Below, piece by piece: positions 8,342 through 21,649 of a stretch of 64,000 nt of DNA. Both the position numbers and the translations under genes were made by a program. The notes under the pieces are model-generated. The model was not told the origin of the DNA. It did no database searches and saw only the letters and a list, made by a program, of their open reading frames with translations. The number at the start of each line of letters is the position of its first letter. Position 1 is the stretch's first letter. The stretch lies in assembly GCF_937127095.1 (NCBI RefSeq), contig NZ_CAKZLP010000059.1, forward strand, positions 1,128 to 65,127, given 5' to 3'. The stretch is from an uncultured Amphritea sp. Lineage in GTDB: Bacteria; Pseudomonadota; Gammaproteobacteria; Pseudomonadales; Balneatricaceae.

Positions 8342-11203
8342 ATGTTGTCCAGTTTCAAATTTAAAATTATCGCCCTGATTGTTGCAGTGCTGTTGTGTAC
8401 TGCAGCCGGGGTGATGTATTTCACCCAGCGGGATGTGGGGCAGGCGATGCTGGTGGCAGAGCAGAAATCTGCGCGCAACGTGCTGCAGCTGGCTGATCTG
8501 AATATCCGTGCCGGGTATGAGCAGCTGATCAGCGAAAAGGTAGATATTCTCAGTAAAATCAAAGCGGATATGCGTCAGTTGACACGTCTGGGACAGACGG
8601 TTCTGGATAGCTATGCCGGGGTCTCGGCGAAGGGTCTGCTCAGTGAAGATGCTGCTAAAGAGATTGCTCGCCAATGGCTGTCGGATGTGACGTTTAATAA
8701 TGGTGACCTGATCCTGTTTGGTGGGGATGGGGTTATTGTGGGGTCAACTGATTCGAAGCTTACCGATACCTCGATAGCGGGTTTGCGAGACCTTAAGGGA
8801 CGCCAGATACATCAGGCGATGCGTTTTGACCAGTTAAAACCTGAGGGTGACAGCGGTATCTTTTTCTGGCACAAGCCCGGTGAGCCCGAGGGCGGGCGGT
8901 ATATGGGCTATTTTCTTCCGTTAGCAAACTGGGGCTGGACCATGGGGATCATTGTCAGCTTTGCGGATGTCGAGGAGGAGAGCCAGAAACAGATGAACCG
9001 TATTGTGGATGCGCTGCGTCTGACCTTCAATAAACTTCAGGTTGCTGAGACTGGCTATGCAATTCTGTTTACGGGAGATCGAAAAATACTGATTGAGCCT
9101 CCCAGACAGACTCTGAGTGAAACGATTTCGACGGATGATCTCGACTGGAATAAAGCGGGGGTACTGGAGCAGATTATTGCCGCGGATAAACGGGGGGCCG
9201 ACTCTGTCAGCCATCAGAGTGCGTTTACCGGGGGGCGGCAGGTACAGATTTTCTTCAGTTATTTTAAAGCGTTTGACTGGTATTCCGCAGTGGTGGTGCC
9301 GGTTGAAGAGATTGCGGCACCGGGTCGGGCGGTGGTGGCTCAGCAGAGCCTGATTATCGGATTGATATTTCTGGCCAGTATCAGTGCTGCGTTTATTCTT
9401 GTTTTCCGCATGGCAGCACCGCTTAATAGTCTGGCATCTTATGCCAAATCACTGCCTGATCAGGATTTTATTCGTCCCGGCGAACAGAGTCAGAAAATAC
9501 TCAGGCTGGCACGGAAAAACCCCGATGAGATTGGCCGTCTGGCAGAATCATTTCTGTTTATGGAAAAGGCGATCAGGTGCACCATTCAACAGGTGCATAA
9601 AGAGAAAGAGATTGCGATTGATGCCAGTAAAGCGAAAAGTGAGTTTCTGGCAACCATGAGTCATGAGATCCGTACGCCGATGAATGGTGTGCTGGGAATG
9701 ACCGATCTGGTGCTGGATACCGATCTGACCAATGAGCAACGACGCTTTATACAGATGATTCGCTATTCCGGCGAAGGTTTGCTGGAGATCATCAATGACA
9801 TTCTCGATTTCTCCAAAATTGAAGCGGGGAAATTGCATCTGGATTACCGGCCACTGAATCTGGCCGAGCTGATTCAGACTCAGGTTGCAATTCTTAATCT
9901 TCAGGCGCAAAAGAAGGGGCTGACTCTGACCTGTAATCTGCCCCCTGAGCTGAACATCGTTATCATAGGCGATACTGTCAGGTTGCGTCAGGTGCTCACC
10001 AACCTGATCGGTAATGCGATTAAATTTACCCGGGATGGCTCAATTAAAGTCACCGCGGTGGTGTTTGAAGAGACCGATCAGGATATCTCTTTTCAGCTAC
10101 GGGTTGCGGATACCGGTGTGGGCATCTCCCCTGAACATCAGAGTATGATTTTTGAATCCTTTGCTCAGGCTGATAACACCACAACGAGAAACTATGGTGG
10201 CACCGGGCTCGGCTTGGCGATCTCTCGACAGCTGATTGAGATGATGGGTGGGTCGATAGATTTTTCCAGCGAGCCGGGTCGAGGCACCACCTTCTGGTTT
10301 GGTTTGAAGCTAGCGAAAACTGACCTGCTGCCTGAATCGGAACTGTCTGAGCTTGAGCCCCTGTCTGCCCAGGGGGGTATTGAGGGGCATATACTGCTGG
10401 TAGAGGATCATCCTGTAAATCAGGAGTATGCACTGCAGACCCTCAGAGGATTAGGTGTAGGTGTTGATCTCGCCGCAAATGGAGTGCAGGCGTTAAAGAT
10501 GATCTGCGAGAATGACTATCAGCTGGTGTTGATGGATTGTCAGATGCCGGAGATGGATGGCTATCAGGCGACCACCGAGATTCGCAAACGGGAAGCCACG
10601 GAGCAACGTCCCCGTCTACCGGTTATCGCGCTCACCGCGAATGCGATGGCGGATGACCGTCAGCGTTGTCTGCAAGCGGGGATGGATGACTATCTGGCAA
10701 AACCGTTTGATAAACAACAGATTACGCATATTCTCAAACACTGGTTGCCGAAGAGTGTAACGGACGATACCGGTGTTACCTCCACCGAGGCTGATCACCC
10801 GATTAGCTATACCGACCGGCCGTTTTCCCTCGATAAAGCGGTCATCGATGAACATGTGATATCGCAGCTAATTGAGATGGATGCTAATGGTGCTTTTCTG
10901 CGCAAAATTATTGATGCCTATCTGGAAAAATCCCCTGATGATCTGAGTCGCTTGACAGTCGCATTGTCAGAGCAGAATCCTGAGATGCTGAGAGTTGCTG
11001 CACATAGTTTCAAATCCAGTAGTTATAACCTTGGTGCGACGACGCTGGCGGAGCTATGTAAAGCGTTGGAAAAGGTTGGCCGGGATGGGGTGCTGGAGCA
11101 GGCGCCAGTATTGTTGCAAGAGATAGAGAGTGAGTATCAGAAGGCCGAACAGATATTGATGACCATCAGACAGACAGAAGGCGCGCATGACGGACGTAAA
11201 TGA
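8342..11203 (+). CDS. Hybrid sensor histidine kinase (TM-Cache-TM-HAMP-HisKA-HATPase-REC-Hpt)
   Basis: H-box [55 protein letters not shown], Hpt AAHSFKSSS. Confidence 0.92.
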   Translation: MLSSFKFKIIALIVAVLLCTAAGVMYFTQRDVGQAMLVAEQKSARNVLQLADLNIRAGYEQLISEKVDILSKIKADMRQLTRLGQTVLDSYAGVSAKGLLSEDAAKEIARQWLSDVTFNNGDLILFGGDGVIVGSTDSKLTDTSIAGLRDLKGRQIHQAMRFDQLKPEGDSGIFFWHKPGEPEGGRYMGYFLPLANWGWTMGIIVSFADVEEESQKQMNRIVDALRLTFNKLQVAETGYAILFTGDRKILIEPPRQTLSETISTDDLDWNKAGVLEQIIAADKRGADSVSHQSAFTGGRQVQIFFSYFKAFDWYSAVVVPVEEIAAPGRAVVAQQSLIIGLIFLASISAAFILVFRMAAPLNSLASYAKSLPDQDFIRPGEQSQKILRLARKNPDEIGRLAESFLFMEKAIRCTIQQVHKEKEIAIDASKAKSEFLATMSHEIRTPMNGVLGMTDLVLDTDLTNEQRRFIQMIRYSGEGLLEIINDILDFSKIEAGKLHLDYRPLNLAELIQTQVAILNLQAQKKGLTLTCNLPPELNIVIIGDTVRLRQVLTNLIGNAIKFTRDGSIKVTAVVFEETDQDISFQLRVADTGVGISPEHQSMIFESFAQADNTTTRNYGGTGLGLAISRQLIEMMGGSIDFSSEPGRGTTFWFGLKLAKTDLLPESELSELEPLSAQGGIEGHILLVEDHPVNQEYALQTLRGLGVGVDLAANGVQALKMICENDYQLVLMDCQMPEMDGYQATTEIRKREATEQRPRLPVIALTANAMADDRQRCLQAGMDDYLAKPFDKQQITHILKHWLPKSVTDDTGVTSTEADHPISYTDRPFSLDKAVIDEHVISQLIEMDANGAFLRKIIDAYLEKSPDDLSRLTVALSEQNPEMLRVAAHSFKSSSYNLGATTLAELCKALEKVGRDGVLEQAPVLLQEIESEYQKAEQILMTIRQTEGAHDGRK

Positions 11204-13436
11204 TAACAGGCCGACCCCGTTCCGGGTGCTGGTGGTTGATGATGATCTCACCGCCCGGATACTGGCCACCCACTCACTCGAACAAGAGGGGTTTGAGGTT
11301 CTGTTAGCGGATAATGGCGTTATTGCGCTGCAGACCTTTCAGGAGGCACAACCAGATATTGTTCTGATGGATGTGGAGATGCCGGGTCTTAACGGCTTTG
11401 ATGTCTGTCGTCAGTTGCGCAGTATGCCCTGTGGAAAATTGGTGCCGATTCTGATGGCAACTGGCCAGGATGATATCGATTCCGTCCGGCAGGCCTATGC
11501 TGCCGGAGCCACCGATTTTGTCTCAAAACCCTTCAACTGGAAGGTGCTCGGACACCGTCTCAATTATATGATTCGTGCCAGCAATACTACTGAACAGTTG
11601 CGCCAGTTGCAGAAGAGTGAAACGCGCCTGGGTAATGCTCAGCGGATTGCCCGGCTGGGCAACTGGGAGTGGCATCTGAAAAGCGGGGAGATCTACTGGT
11701 CGGATCAGTTTTACCAACTGCTGGGTGGTAAACGGGGGCGGACTCAGACCGGTATGCGCACCTTTTTACGTTGTGTTCCTGCGAATGAAAGGCCGCAGCT
11801 ACGACACTGGTTCAAACAACTGCTGAACTGTCGTTACTCCGGCTTTATGTCCGGGATTAATCACAGTATCAGTCTGGCCGGGCAGGATGTTAAGAATGTA
11901 CAGCATCAGGCTGAGGTTTTTTGTGATGATCAGGGCAATGCCACGATTATTGCCGGAACTATGCTGGATGTGTCTGAGCTGAAGCGGGCACAGGATCAGG
12001 TACTGAAACTGGCGCGATTCGACAGCCTGACAGGCCTGTCAAACCGCAGTGTCTTCTGTGATCGGGTGCAGTTGGCAATCGATCAGGCCGAACGCAGAGG
12101 AGGCCTTGGCGCAGTACTGTTTCTTGATCTGGATAATTTTAAGCGAATTAACGATACCTTTGGTCACGGCATTGGTGATCTGTTATTGCAGGAGGTGGCA
12201 CAACGATTGACGCAAAGTGTTCGTTATACCGACCGGATCAGTGATGACTCAGACGCGGGTGCTGCTGAGCAAACCGATTTAGACCACCGTGTTGATCTGT
12301 ACACGCACAATAAAGATCGGCAGGTCCGGGTCCCACTGGTGGCCCGGTTTGGCGGTGATGAGTTTACCGTTTTGCTACCGGAGATTAATCAGATTCGGGA
12401 TGCTGAAAATGTTGCCCGCAGGGTTCTCGAATCGATAGGCCTTTCAATTGACCTTGCCGGTCATGAGGTGGTGATTACTCCCAGCATTGGCATCGCTATA
12501 TTTCCCCATCATGGGGAAAACGTAGACAGCCTGATGAAAAACGTCGACGCCGCTATGTATTATGTAAAGCATACGGGTAAAAATGGCTATGAGCTGTTTG
12601 TGAAGTCGATGAATGTCGTGGCTAAGCGTCGGCTGGAACTGGAAAGTCATCTGCGTCATGCCATTGAAACGAATGAGTTGTCACTTAACTATCAGCCTCA
12701 GGTTGATATGCGCAGCGGTAGAATCGTCGGGGTTGAAGCTCTGCTGCGCTGGAACAGCCTCCAGCTGGGTTTTGTCTCGCCGGTTGAGTTTATTCCCATC
12801 GCGGAAGAAACCGGACTGATTACTCCTATTGGCGAATGGGTGATGCGTGAAGCCTGTCGGCAAACCCGGCAGTGGCAACTGGACGGGCTGCCGCACATCC
12901 GGGTGGCGGTTAACCTGTCCGTGCGTCAGTTTGCCAAGCAAAACCTGGAAAAACTGGTGAGTCAGGTGTTGCAGGACACGGGCTTGCCAGTTAACTGTCT
13001 GGAGCTTGAGATCACTGAAAACATGCTGATGGATGATGTTGAAGGGTCAGTTGAGACTCTGCACCGCTTAAAAGCGCTGGGTGTGCAGCTGGCGATAGAT
13101 GATTTTGGCACCGGCTATTCCAGTCTCAGCTATCTGAAGCGCTTTCCTATCGACCGGTTAAAAGTGGACCGCTCTTTTATTACCCATGTGACCACAGACC
13201 CCGGCGATGCCTCGGTCACTCAGGCGATTATCGCCGTGGCTCATAATCTGGGGTTGAGCGTTACGGCAGAGGGTGTGGAGGAAGAGGCTCAGCTGGCTTT
13301 TCTGCAGCAATACGCCTGCGAAGAGGTGCAAGGGTTCCTGTTCAGTAAACCGCTCAAGGCGGATGATCTGGCCACGTTGCTCAGAACCACCAACGGCTAT
13401 ATGTCACTCAAAACCGCGAGGACCACTGAGGACTAG
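11187..13436 (+). CDS. REC-PAS-GGDEF-EAL c-di-GMP enzyme (response regulator)
   Basis: [18 protein letters not shown]; ARFGGDEF; VEALLRW; [10 protein letters not shown]; ~35-aa acidic insertion before GGDEF. Confidence 0.92.
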   Translation: MTDVNDNRPTPFRVLVVDDDLTARILATHSLEQEGFEVLLADNGVIALQTFQEAQPDIVLMDVEMPGLNGFDVCRQLRSMPCGKLVPILMATGQDDIDSVRQAYAAGATDFVSKPFNWKVLGHRLNYMIRASNTTEQLRQLQKSETRLGNAQRIARLGNWEWHLKSGEIYWSDQFYQLLGGKRGRTQTGMRTFLRCVPANERPQLRHWFKQLLNCRYSGFMSGINHSISLAGQDVKNVQHQAEVFCDDQGNATIIAGTMLDVSELKRAQDQVLKLARFDSLTGLSNRSVFCDRVQLAIDQAERRGGLGAVLFLDLDNFKRINDTFGHGIGDLLLQEVAQRLTQSVRYTDRISDDSDAGAAEQTDLDHRVDLYTHNKDRQVRVPLVARFGGDEFTVLLPEINQIRDAENVARRVLESIGLSIDLAGHEVVITPSIGIAIFPHHGENVDSLMKNVDAAMYYVKHTGKNGYELFVKSMNVVAKRRLELESHLRHAIETNELSLNYQPQVDMRSGRIVGVEALLRWNSLQLGFVSPVEFIPIAEETGLITPIGEWVMREACRQTRQWQLDGLPHIRVAVNLSVRQFAKQNLEKLVSQVLQDTGLPVNCLELEITENMLMDDVEGSVETLHRLKALGVQLAIDDFGTGYSSLSYLKRFPIDRLKVDRSFITHVTTDPGDASVTQAIIAVAHNLGLSVTAEGVEEEAQLAFLQQYACEEVQGFLFSKPLKADDLATLLRTTNGYMSLKTARTTED

Positions 13437-13634
13437 GCTCCGCTGCTTTGTCACTGTGGACAGAAGCAATACCCCCAGCGTTTCTGTCCATTCATAATTT
13501 TTACTATCCTATTACCACTCTCCACCCCTGTGTTTTCGTTATTTTCTCCTGTTTATCACGTAATTATTCGTTTTTAACGCTTCATTCAAAATAGCCAGTC
13601 TACACTGTCTTTAAACAATAAAATAAAGGTGGTG

Positions 13635-13885
13635 ATGAGCTATCTCATCTTGCCAGTGCTTCTCTGACAATGTTTTCCCCTACCTCCAGGATAGTGTAGA
13701 TCCTGATTATGCGGTTGAGCTGGTGAAACAGAGCTTAATTATTTTATTTGGTCAGCTATTAGCTCTGCATTCGGTAATCAGTCGTAGCCGGGTACTGGAA
13801 CTGGAGCAGAATTACCGTTGAGGTACAGGTATTTCATTGGGATGGGCACATCAATGTCTATGTATTTGATGCGGTAAGCTGTTGA
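13635..13885 (+). pseudogene. Frameshifted PepSY-domain protein remnant (BqsP/Q-like)
   Basis: Pieces in three frames: MSYLILPVLL; DSVDPDYAVELVKQSLI...SRVLELEQNYR*; EVQVFHWDGHINVYVFDAVSC*. Confidence 0.55.
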
Positions 13886-13909
13886 GCAACGATAAGGAGA
13901 GTCATCGTC

Positions 13910-14023
13910 ATGCGTGTTCCTGACTTTGATAATAATGCCCGGGAGTTACAGTACTTTCTTGCGCACTGTACTCAATCCGGTTGGAGGGACAACCGTTTGC
14001 AGGCAGAAGGACTAGTATCATGA
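13910..14023 (+). pseudogene. 37-aa ORF, probable remnant of a deleted response regulator
   Basis: AAGGAG RBS; MRVPDFDNNARELQYFLAHCTQSGW loosely resembles a REC N-terminus; its TGA overlaps the kinase ATG (ATGA 14020-14023). Confidence 0.4.
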
Positions 14024-15384
14024 TTTCGGTTGGGCAGTCTCTGGAGCAGCAGATTCGGCGAGGGCTGATGATCCTTATGCTACCGGCGTTTGTCTGTCTG
14101 CTGTTGTTGCTGCATCTGACGATGAACCGCATCACCGATGAATATGTCGGCTCCCGGCTGGGAGATGATGTCGAAAATATCATCACTGCACTGAAGTGGA
14201 CGGATAAGGGGTGGCAGGTCGATGACCACCAGGTTCCCGAAGCGTTCAAGCGTGTCAAAAGTGGTCATTACTTTGTGGTGCGTTGGGATGGCGGACAGTT
14301 ACGTTCCCGCAGTCTGTGGGATACCACTCCTGACGTTGAACTACTCCCTCTGGGCAGGCAACAACAGTTTCAGGTTCCCGGGGTTGGTGAGGAACGGTGG
14401 ATGGTGTGGCAGCAGGGCGTTCGCAAAGAGGAACGGGACTTTAGCATCTGGGTCGCTGAAGATATTACCTCGTTTATCGCTATACAGCGTGACTATGAAT
14501 ATTCCCTGCTGACCATCTTAGTCGGTTTAAGCCTGTTGATCATGTTGCTGCAACGGCGCATTTTACACTGGGGGTTTGCCACGCTTAAACCGATGCAAAC
14601 CGCTTTGTTGCGGGGAAAAATTGACGGTGCGCTTAATTTGCCGAAAGGGGTGCCGGTGGAAGTTCAGCCCCTGGCGGATGCGATTGAACGTCTGGTTGAT
14701 CATTCCAGGAAGCAGTTAAGCCGTTCACGAACCGCAACCAGCAATCTGGCCCATGAATTAAAACTGCCACTTCAGCATCTTCAACTGCTGGCTGCCGCGA
14801 CAGAGGTTGAGGATAACCGCGACAGCCTGCAGCAGATATATACTCAGCTACAGCGGCGTATTGATGGCGAGTTACGACGTGCGAAAATTTCCGGTTCTCC
14901 AGCACCGGTCGATCTGTTCAATCCTCAGGAGGAGCTGCCTTATCTGGTGCAGCTATTAAATCGAAAGCGGGAGGGCGATGCGATCGAGCTGGTGCAGCAT
15001 ATTCCGGAGTTTGCTATTCCGTTTGACCGGGATGATATGTTGGAACTGGTGGGCAACCTGCTGGATAATGCCTGGCAGCATGCTAACTCCAGAGTGTTGC
15101 TGAGTATCAGGGAGAGTCATGGCTTCTGGACCATTATCGTCAGCGATGATGGTCCGGGTATTGCGCCGGAAAAGATTAAGGCGATGACTCTGAATGATTA
15201 TCGGGAAGATACCCCGGAGGGTGATAATTATGCGCTGGGGTTATCCATATGCCGTGCAGTCGTGAGCAGCTATGGTGGAAAAATGCAGTTGCATGCGGCA
15301 CGTTTAGGTGGGTTGCAGGTTATTATCGATATTCCTCTGTCGGGTAGTGAACCCACGGAAGATGACGATAAGAGCGCAGAATAA
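14020..15384 (+). CDS. Orphan sensor histidine kinase (BqsS/CarS/QseC-like) with degenerate G2 box
   Basis: RSRSLWD periplasmic motif, NLAHELKLPL, GNLLDNA, DDGPGI; G2 reads NYALGL. Confidence 0.8.
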   Translation: MISVGQSLEQQIRRGLMILMLPAFVCLLLLLHLTMNRITDEYVGSRLGDDVENIITALKWTDKGWQVDDHQVPEAFKRVKSGHYFVVRWDGGQLRSRSLWDTTPDVELLPLGRQQQFQVPGVGEERWMVWQQGVRKEERDFSIWVAEDITSFIAIQRDYEYSLLTILVGLSLLIMLLQRRILHWGFATLKPMQTALLRGKIDGALNLPKGVPVEVQPLADAIERLVDHSRKQLSRSRTATSNLAHELKLPLQHLQLLAAATEVEDNRDSLQQIYTQLQRRIDGELRRAKISGSPAPVDLFNPQEELPYLVQLLNRKREGDAIELVQHIPEFAIPFDRDDMLELVGNLLDNAWQHANSRVLLSIRESHGFWTIIVSDDGPGIAPEKIKAMTLNDYREDTPEGDNYALGLSICRAVVSSYGGKMQLHAARLGGLQVIIDIPLSGSEPTEDDDKSAE

Positions 15385-15434
15385 AGTGTCTATGTTTAGC
15401 CTTTGTTATCTTTATATCTGGCGGCTGCTTTTTT

Positions 15435-16304
15435 TCAGACTAAATGTGTTGCCAGATGATCAACCAGCATCCGGACTTTGGAGGATAGATGGCGGTTATG
15501 AGGGTAGAGTGCCCAGACCCCTTCGCTGGAGTGTTGGTAGTTTTCCAATAGCGAGATCAGTTCACCCTCTTTAATATAGGGCTCGACATAGTAATCAGGC
15601 AGTTGGACGATGCCGATCCCTTTCAGGGCCGCGTCCAGCAGTGCCTGACCACTGTTACAGTGCAGATTGCCACTGACCCGGATATTACGCTCCAGTCCCC
15701 GTTCAAGAAAACGCCAGTAATCCAGCGTGCCCAGCAGGCAGTTATGATGTTTCAGCTCGTTCAGCACATGGGGTTCGCCATGGGTCGCCAGATAGGCAGG
15801 CGATGCACAGACATACAGCTGTCGTGAGATCAGTTGCCGGGCGATCATGCTGGAATCTTCCAGCTTACCCAGACGGATCGCCAGGTCGTAGCCGGATGCG
15901 ACCAGATCGACGGTCTGATTGGTCAGATGACACTGCACCTCCAGTTCCGGATAGAGGCGGATAAAGTCATTGATCAGTGGGGCGATTTTTTGCTCCCCAT
16001 AGGTTGCGGGGGCGGTGATCTTCAACTTACCCCGTGGGGTATTCTGCAGGTTTGTCACGGCTCGTTCTGCCTCTTCCAGCCCGTTTAGCAGTTGCCGACA
16101 ATATTGATAATAAGTTTCGCCCGCCTCAGTTGCTGTCACCTTACGGGTCGTACGGTAGAACAGTTTGGTGCCCAGGCGGTTTTCCAGTGCGCTGATCTGG
16201 CGGCTGACCTGTGCTGTGGAGATGCCCAGTTTCTTGGCCGCAGCGGTGAAGCTTGTGGTTTCAGTGACGGCAATCAGTTCAGAAACCCCTTCCCAACGGT
16301 TCAT
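15435..16304 (-). CDS. LysR-family regulator divergent from frmA
   Basis: HTH SFTAAAKKLGISTAQVSRQISALE; LFYRTTRKV. Confidence 0.93.
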   Translation of the reverse strand: MNRWEGVSELIAVTETTSFTAAAKKLGISTAQVSRQISALENRLGTKLFYRTTRKVTATEAGETYYQYCRQLLNGLEEAERAVTNLQNTPRGKLKITAPATYGEQKIAPLINDFIRLYPELEVQCHLTNQTVDLVASGYDLAIRLGKLEDSSMIARQLISRQLYVCASPAYLATHGEPHVLNELKHHNCLLGTLDYWRFLERGLERNIRVSGNLHCNSGQALLDAALKGIGIVQLPDYYVEPYIKEGELISLLENYQHSSEGVWALYPHNRHLSSKVRMLVDHLATHLV

Positions 16305-16373
16305 TGTTACATTTTCGTAAAAGTATATTGATAAAGCGCTAGATTATATTGTTTCTATTAACAACTACAATAG

Positions 16374-17564
<1,191 letters not shown>

Positions 17565-17617
17565 CCGTCAGCGATCGGCTGTCGTCGTACAGGCGACAGC
17601 CCTTGAGGAAAGCATCT

Positions 17618-18460
17618 ATGAGTCTTGAACTTGTAAGCCAGACAAAGAGCTTTGGTGGTTGGCATAAACAGTATAACCACCCCTCCTCGGTGCTGGGTGT
17701 GAGCATGCGCTTTGCTATCTATCTGCCGCCGCAGGCCCAGAGTGGTGAGAAGGTGCCGGTACTGTACTGGCTTTCCGGGCTGACCTGCAGCGATGAAAAT
17801 TTCATGCAGAAAGCCGGAGCACAGCGCATTGCCGCTGAACTGGGTATCGCCATTGTGGCGCCGGATACCAGTCCCCGTGGCGATGGTGTCGCCAACGATG
17901 AAGGTTATGATCTGGGGCAAGGTGCAGGTTTCTACGTCAATGCGACAGAAGCCCCCTGGAGCGAGCATTACCGGATGTATGATTACGTCGTCGAGGAGCT
18001 GCCAAAACTGATTGAAGCGACCTTCCCGGTGTCGCAAAAGCGTGCAATCGCCGGTCACTCAATGGGTGGTCACGGTGCGCTGATGATCAGTCTGCGTAAT
18101 CCTGGGCGTTATTGCTCGGTTTCCGCCTTCAGCCCGATTAGTAATCCGGTCAGTTGTCCGTGGGGACGCAAAGCGTTCACCGCCTATCTGGGCACCGATG
18201 AGAGCAGCTGGCAGCAGTATGATACCACGGTGTTGTTGCGCAATAATCCGGTACCGCTGCCTACCCGGGTGGATCAGGGATTGGCCGACGATTTTCTGGC
18301 AGAACAGTTGCAGCCGGAAAAACTGGCTGCAGCCGCCGCTGAATCGGATTACCCGCTGCAGCTTGAACAGCATGAGGGCTATGATCATAGCTACTACTTC
18401 ATCGCTAGTTTTATTGAAGAACAGCTCAGGTTCCACCATCGTTATCTGCTGGTTGATTGA
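17618..18460 (+). CDS. fghA: S-formylglutathione hydrolase
   Basis: LYWLSGLTC, GHSMGGHGAL, HEGYDHSYYFIASF. Confidence 0.95.
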   Translation: MSLELVSQTKSFGGWHKQYNHPSSVLGVSMRFAIYLPPQAQSGEKVPVLYWLSGLTCSDENFMQKAGAQRIAAELGIAIVAPDTSPRGDGVANDEGYDLGQGAGFYVNATEAPWSEHYRMYDYVVEELPKLIEATFPVSQKRAIAGHSMGGHGALMISLRNPGRYCSVSAFSPISNPVSCPWGRKAFTAYLGTDESSWQQYDTTVLLRNNPVPLPTRVDQGLADDFLAEQLQPEKLAAAAAESDYPLQLEQHEGYDHSYYFIASFIEEQLRFHHRYLLVD

Positions 18461-18493
18461 TAACGGCCAGATTTATGTTTTGAGGTATGTTTT

Positions 18494-18518
18494 GGGGCTC
18501 TGTATGAGCCCCTTTTTT
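18494..18518 (+). terminator. Rho-independent terminator after fghA
   Basis: GGGGCTC-tgtat-GAGCCCC followed by T6. Confidence 0.75.
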
Positions 18519-18534
18519 ATATCTTATGGACGAA

Positions 18535-19338
18535 CTAACTGAAAAAACTCAATAGCAGGGCAATCAGCGAGTCGCTGCCGCTCTGATACTGATCGAACAG
18601 CAGTTTGGCAGACATAATCAGTGTCACCACAACCACCAATGGCCGGATCAGACGGGTGCCCTGATTCACCACCATACGTGCGCCTATCTGGCCACCAATC
18701 AGTTGCCCGGCCGCCATAATAAATCCCGCCAGCCAGAGTATATTGCCTCCCAGCGCGAAGAAAATCAGTGCAGCAAGATTAGAGGTAAAGTTCAGAATCT
18801 TGGTGTGAGCGGTGGCCCGTGACATGCTGAAACCGAGTAGTGAGATAAAGCCAAGCGCAAAGAAGGTGCCGGTGCCCGGCCCGAAAAAGCCGTCATAAAA
18901 ACCGATGGCTGTGGTAAACAGAAAGGCGAACAGAGCGTGACTGATTTTCCGCTCCCGGTCCAGGTCACCGATCCGCTTGGAAAACATAAAGTACAGTGCG
19001 ATGATCACCAGCAGGAGCGGCATCACCGAGGCCAGTAGCGAGGTATCCAGCTGCTGCACAATCACCGTACCCGACACTGCCCCGAGAAAAGTACAGAGGA
19101 TCATCAGCTTCATCTGAGTCAGGTCGACCAGCTTTTTACGGACAAAGTAGACTGAGGCGGCGAATGTGCCAAAACTCCCCTGAAGCTTATTGGTCGCCAG
19201 CGCCTCCACCGGGCTCATACCGGATGCCAGTAATACCGGCAGGGTAATCATTCCGCCACCGCCGGCGATCGCATCGATAATCCCCGCGCCAAGTCCGGTC
19301 AGTACGAACAGCAGCGCAAGTGTCAGGTCCAGCTCCAT
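18535..19338 (-). CDS. TSUP (TauE/SafE, YfcA-like) membrane transporter
   Basis: IDAIAGGGGMIT, ATNKLQGSFGT, GFYDGFFGPGTG. Confidence 0.9.
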   Translation of the reverse strand: MELDLTLALLFVLTGLGAGIIDAIAGGGGMITLPVLLASGMSPVEALATNKLQGSFGTFAASVYFVRKKLVDLTQMKLMILCTFLGAVSGTVIVQQLDTSLLASVMPLLLVIIALYFMFSKRIGDLDRERKISHALFAFLFTTAIGFYDGFFGPGTGTFFALGFISLLGFSMSRATAHTKILNFTSNLAALIFFALGGNILWLAGFIMAAGQLIGGQIGARMVVNQGTRLIRPLVVVVTLIMSAKLLFDQYQSGSDSLIALLLSFFS

Positions 19339-19436
19339 CAATATCTCCCTGTTTGAAACATCGCACTTTAACAGCCGCGCCCTGTCTGTAATAGCTAAAT
19401 TCAGAGGGGAGATTGATAAACCGGTTGTCGTTCCGC

Positions 19437-21551
19437 TTAAACCTTAAACCGGCTGATCAGGTCGTTTTGAGCTCTGCCCATCGAGGTCATCTCATCGCTG
19501 AGTCGGGCTGAATCTTTAGCCAGTTCGGTGACCTCATCGGCAACCGTGCGGATAGTCTGCAGGGTCTGACTGATATCGCCGGCCACCATGCTTTGCTCTT
19601 CGGCCGCAGTGGCAATCTGGGTCGAACGGTGGGTAATCTCTTCCACGGCGCTGCCGATGGTATCAAACATGTTGCTGGCATCGAGCACCTGCACGGCGGA
19701 GTCTTTGGCTAACGATGAGCTTTCCTGAATGCTGCTGACCACCGAGCTGGTGGCCTTTTGCAGGTTGTTAATAACGGTTTCAATCTCGCTGACCGAGGTT
19801 GCTGTACGTGCGGCCAGTGCCCGGACTTCATCGGCAACCACGGCAAACCCACGGCCCTGGTCTCCGGCTCTGGCGGCTTCAATTGCGGCGTTAAGTGCCA
19901 GCAGGTTGGTCTGTTCTGCTACCGAACGGATCACCAGTAGTACCTCTGCAATATTTTCACTGTCGGTGGCCAGCCCCTCAACCTGAGCCATCGACACCTG
20001 CATCTGTTGCGCCAGTGCTTCAATGTTGTGGGTGGTTGTTTTGATCGCTTGTCGTCCGGAAAGTGAGGCCTGCTCTGCCCGGTGAGAGGCATCGGCTGCG
20101 TGGGCTGCATTTTTTGCCACATCCACTGATGACTGAGACATCTCCTCAGACGCGGTCGCAACCATAACGATCTGTTGCTGCTGTTGCTCGACGTCGTGGT
20201 TGGTTTTGAACGCAAGTTTAGTCGCTTGTTCCGATTTGGCGAGTGCTTCCTTAATGGAGTAGGCCATGCTTTGTATCATCTCAGCGAGCTGGGCAACAAA
20301 TAGATTAAAGTGGCCGGACAAGACACCGACCTCATCCTGTGACTGCACGGTGATGCGTTGAGTCAGATCACCTTCGCCGCTGGAAATTTGTTCTAAGGCG
20401 TCGGTTACCTGTCGCAGCGGTCTGGTAATACGGATGGCTAGCCAGATGACGATCAGTGAGCCAAACAACACGATCAGCAATCCGGCAATAACAACGCCGG
20501 TGGTCTGCTGGTTTTGCCCCTGTTTTAGCACAGAGATTACGCTATCGACCTGTTGTAATACATGGCTGGCCGGGACGTCAATATAGAGTTTCCAGGTGGC
20601 CAGTTTATTCAGATTGAGGTGACGGATCAGGGTGTAACGTTCATCGTTCTGTTGTGTTACCGGCTGGCTGAGCTGAACATCCCGTGGTAGCAGGTCGGTC
20701 ACCTTTTCACCGGCAGTCCCTTTGTTCTGACTGTCGGCTACCAGGGTATCGGATGCTGAGATCAGCATCACCCGGCCCTGACCGTCCGCCAGTTTACGGC
20801 CAAAGGCTTGCGCCGATGCCTGCATCTGAGACAGCGGCAGATCGATACCGATCACCCCGACCAGGCGGTCTGAAAAGTAGATCGGCACGGCGATTGATGT
20901 CATCAGCGTTTTTTCGCCATCCACTTCATCGGTATAGGGGTCGATAATGCAGGGGCCTTTGCGTTCAATCGGACAGCTGTACCAGCTATTGTAGGGTTGT
21001 CCACTGCTGCTGGGGGTCGTGTCGCTGATCATCTGTTCGGTGAGGATTTCCTGAACCGCTTCTCCTTTAGCATTATGGGCCCAGTACACCGCGAAACGTC
21101 CGGCATCATTGGAGGCGAGGTCTGTTTCACCTTTATGTTCGTTATCGGCACCATCTAATGCTTTGGGCAGGAAAACCGCGTAAACGCCGAGTACATCCGG
21201 GTTATTCTGCAGCGTGCCGGCGATATACTGGTTGATAATATGACGAACATCATCCGAGGGAATATAGAGTGAGCGAAACTGTGTCCTCAGAAAGGCTATA
21301 TCACGGGCATAGCCAGCAGCGGCTAGCGCGTTGGAGGTAAACGTATTCTCAATACGTAACTCCTCTGCAGTGGCAAAGGTTTCCATCTTATCCTGAGCCG
21401 CACTGCTCAGGGCCGGTTCGATGGTGTTACGCAGCTGTTCCGTCGTGGAGTTGATCAGCAGGGTCGAGATAATCAGCTGGATGATCACGGTTAACCCCAA
21501 TAAAAGGGCCACTGGAAGGGATATTTTACGTACTAACGAGGTCCAGCTCAT
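19437..21551 (-). CDS. Methyl-accepting chemotaxis protein (dCache-HAMP-MA)
   Basis: [31 protein letters not shown]; periplasmic WYSCP..IIDPY. Confidence 0.95.
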   Translation of the reverse strand: MSWTSLVRKISLPVALLLGLTVIIQLIISTLLINSTTEQLRNTIEPALSSAAQDKMETFATAEELRIENTFTSNALAAAGYARDIAFLRTQFRSLYIPSDDVRHIINQYIAGTLQNNPDVLGVYAVFLPKALDGADNEHKGETDLASNDAGRFAVYWAHNAKGEAVQEILTEQMISDTTPSSSGQPYNSWYSCPIERKGPCIIDPYTDEVDGEKTLMTSIAVPIYFSDRLVGVIGIDLPLSQMQASAQAFGRKLADGQGRVMLISASDTLVADSQNKGTAGEKVTDLLPRDVQLSQPVTQQNDERYTLIRHLNLNKLATWKLYIDVPASHVLQQVDSVISVLKQGQNQQTTGVVIAGLLIVLFGSLIVIWLAIRITRPLRQVTDALEQISSGEGDLTQRITVQSQDEVGVLSGHFNLFVAQLAEMIQSMAYSIKEALAKSEQATKLAFKTNHDVEQQQQQIVMVATASEEMSQSSVDVAKNAAHAADASHRAEQASLSGRQAIKTTTHNIEALAQQMQVSMAQVEGLATDSENIAEVLLVIRSVAEQTNLLALNAAIEAARAGDQGRGFAVVADEVRALAARTATSVSEIETVINNLQKATSSVVSSIQESSSLAKDSAVQVLDASNMFDTIGSAVEEITHRSTQIATAAEEQSMVAGDISQTLQTIRTVADEVTELAKDSARLSDEMTSMGRAQNDLISRFKV

Positions 21552-21649
21552 AGATCACCTGTTGTGTAATAAGCAGATCATCGTCTTATCTAACGGCTGG
21601 ATGTTCAATACCCATCATGGGGTATGGATAGGATCGATTAAAAGATCGA

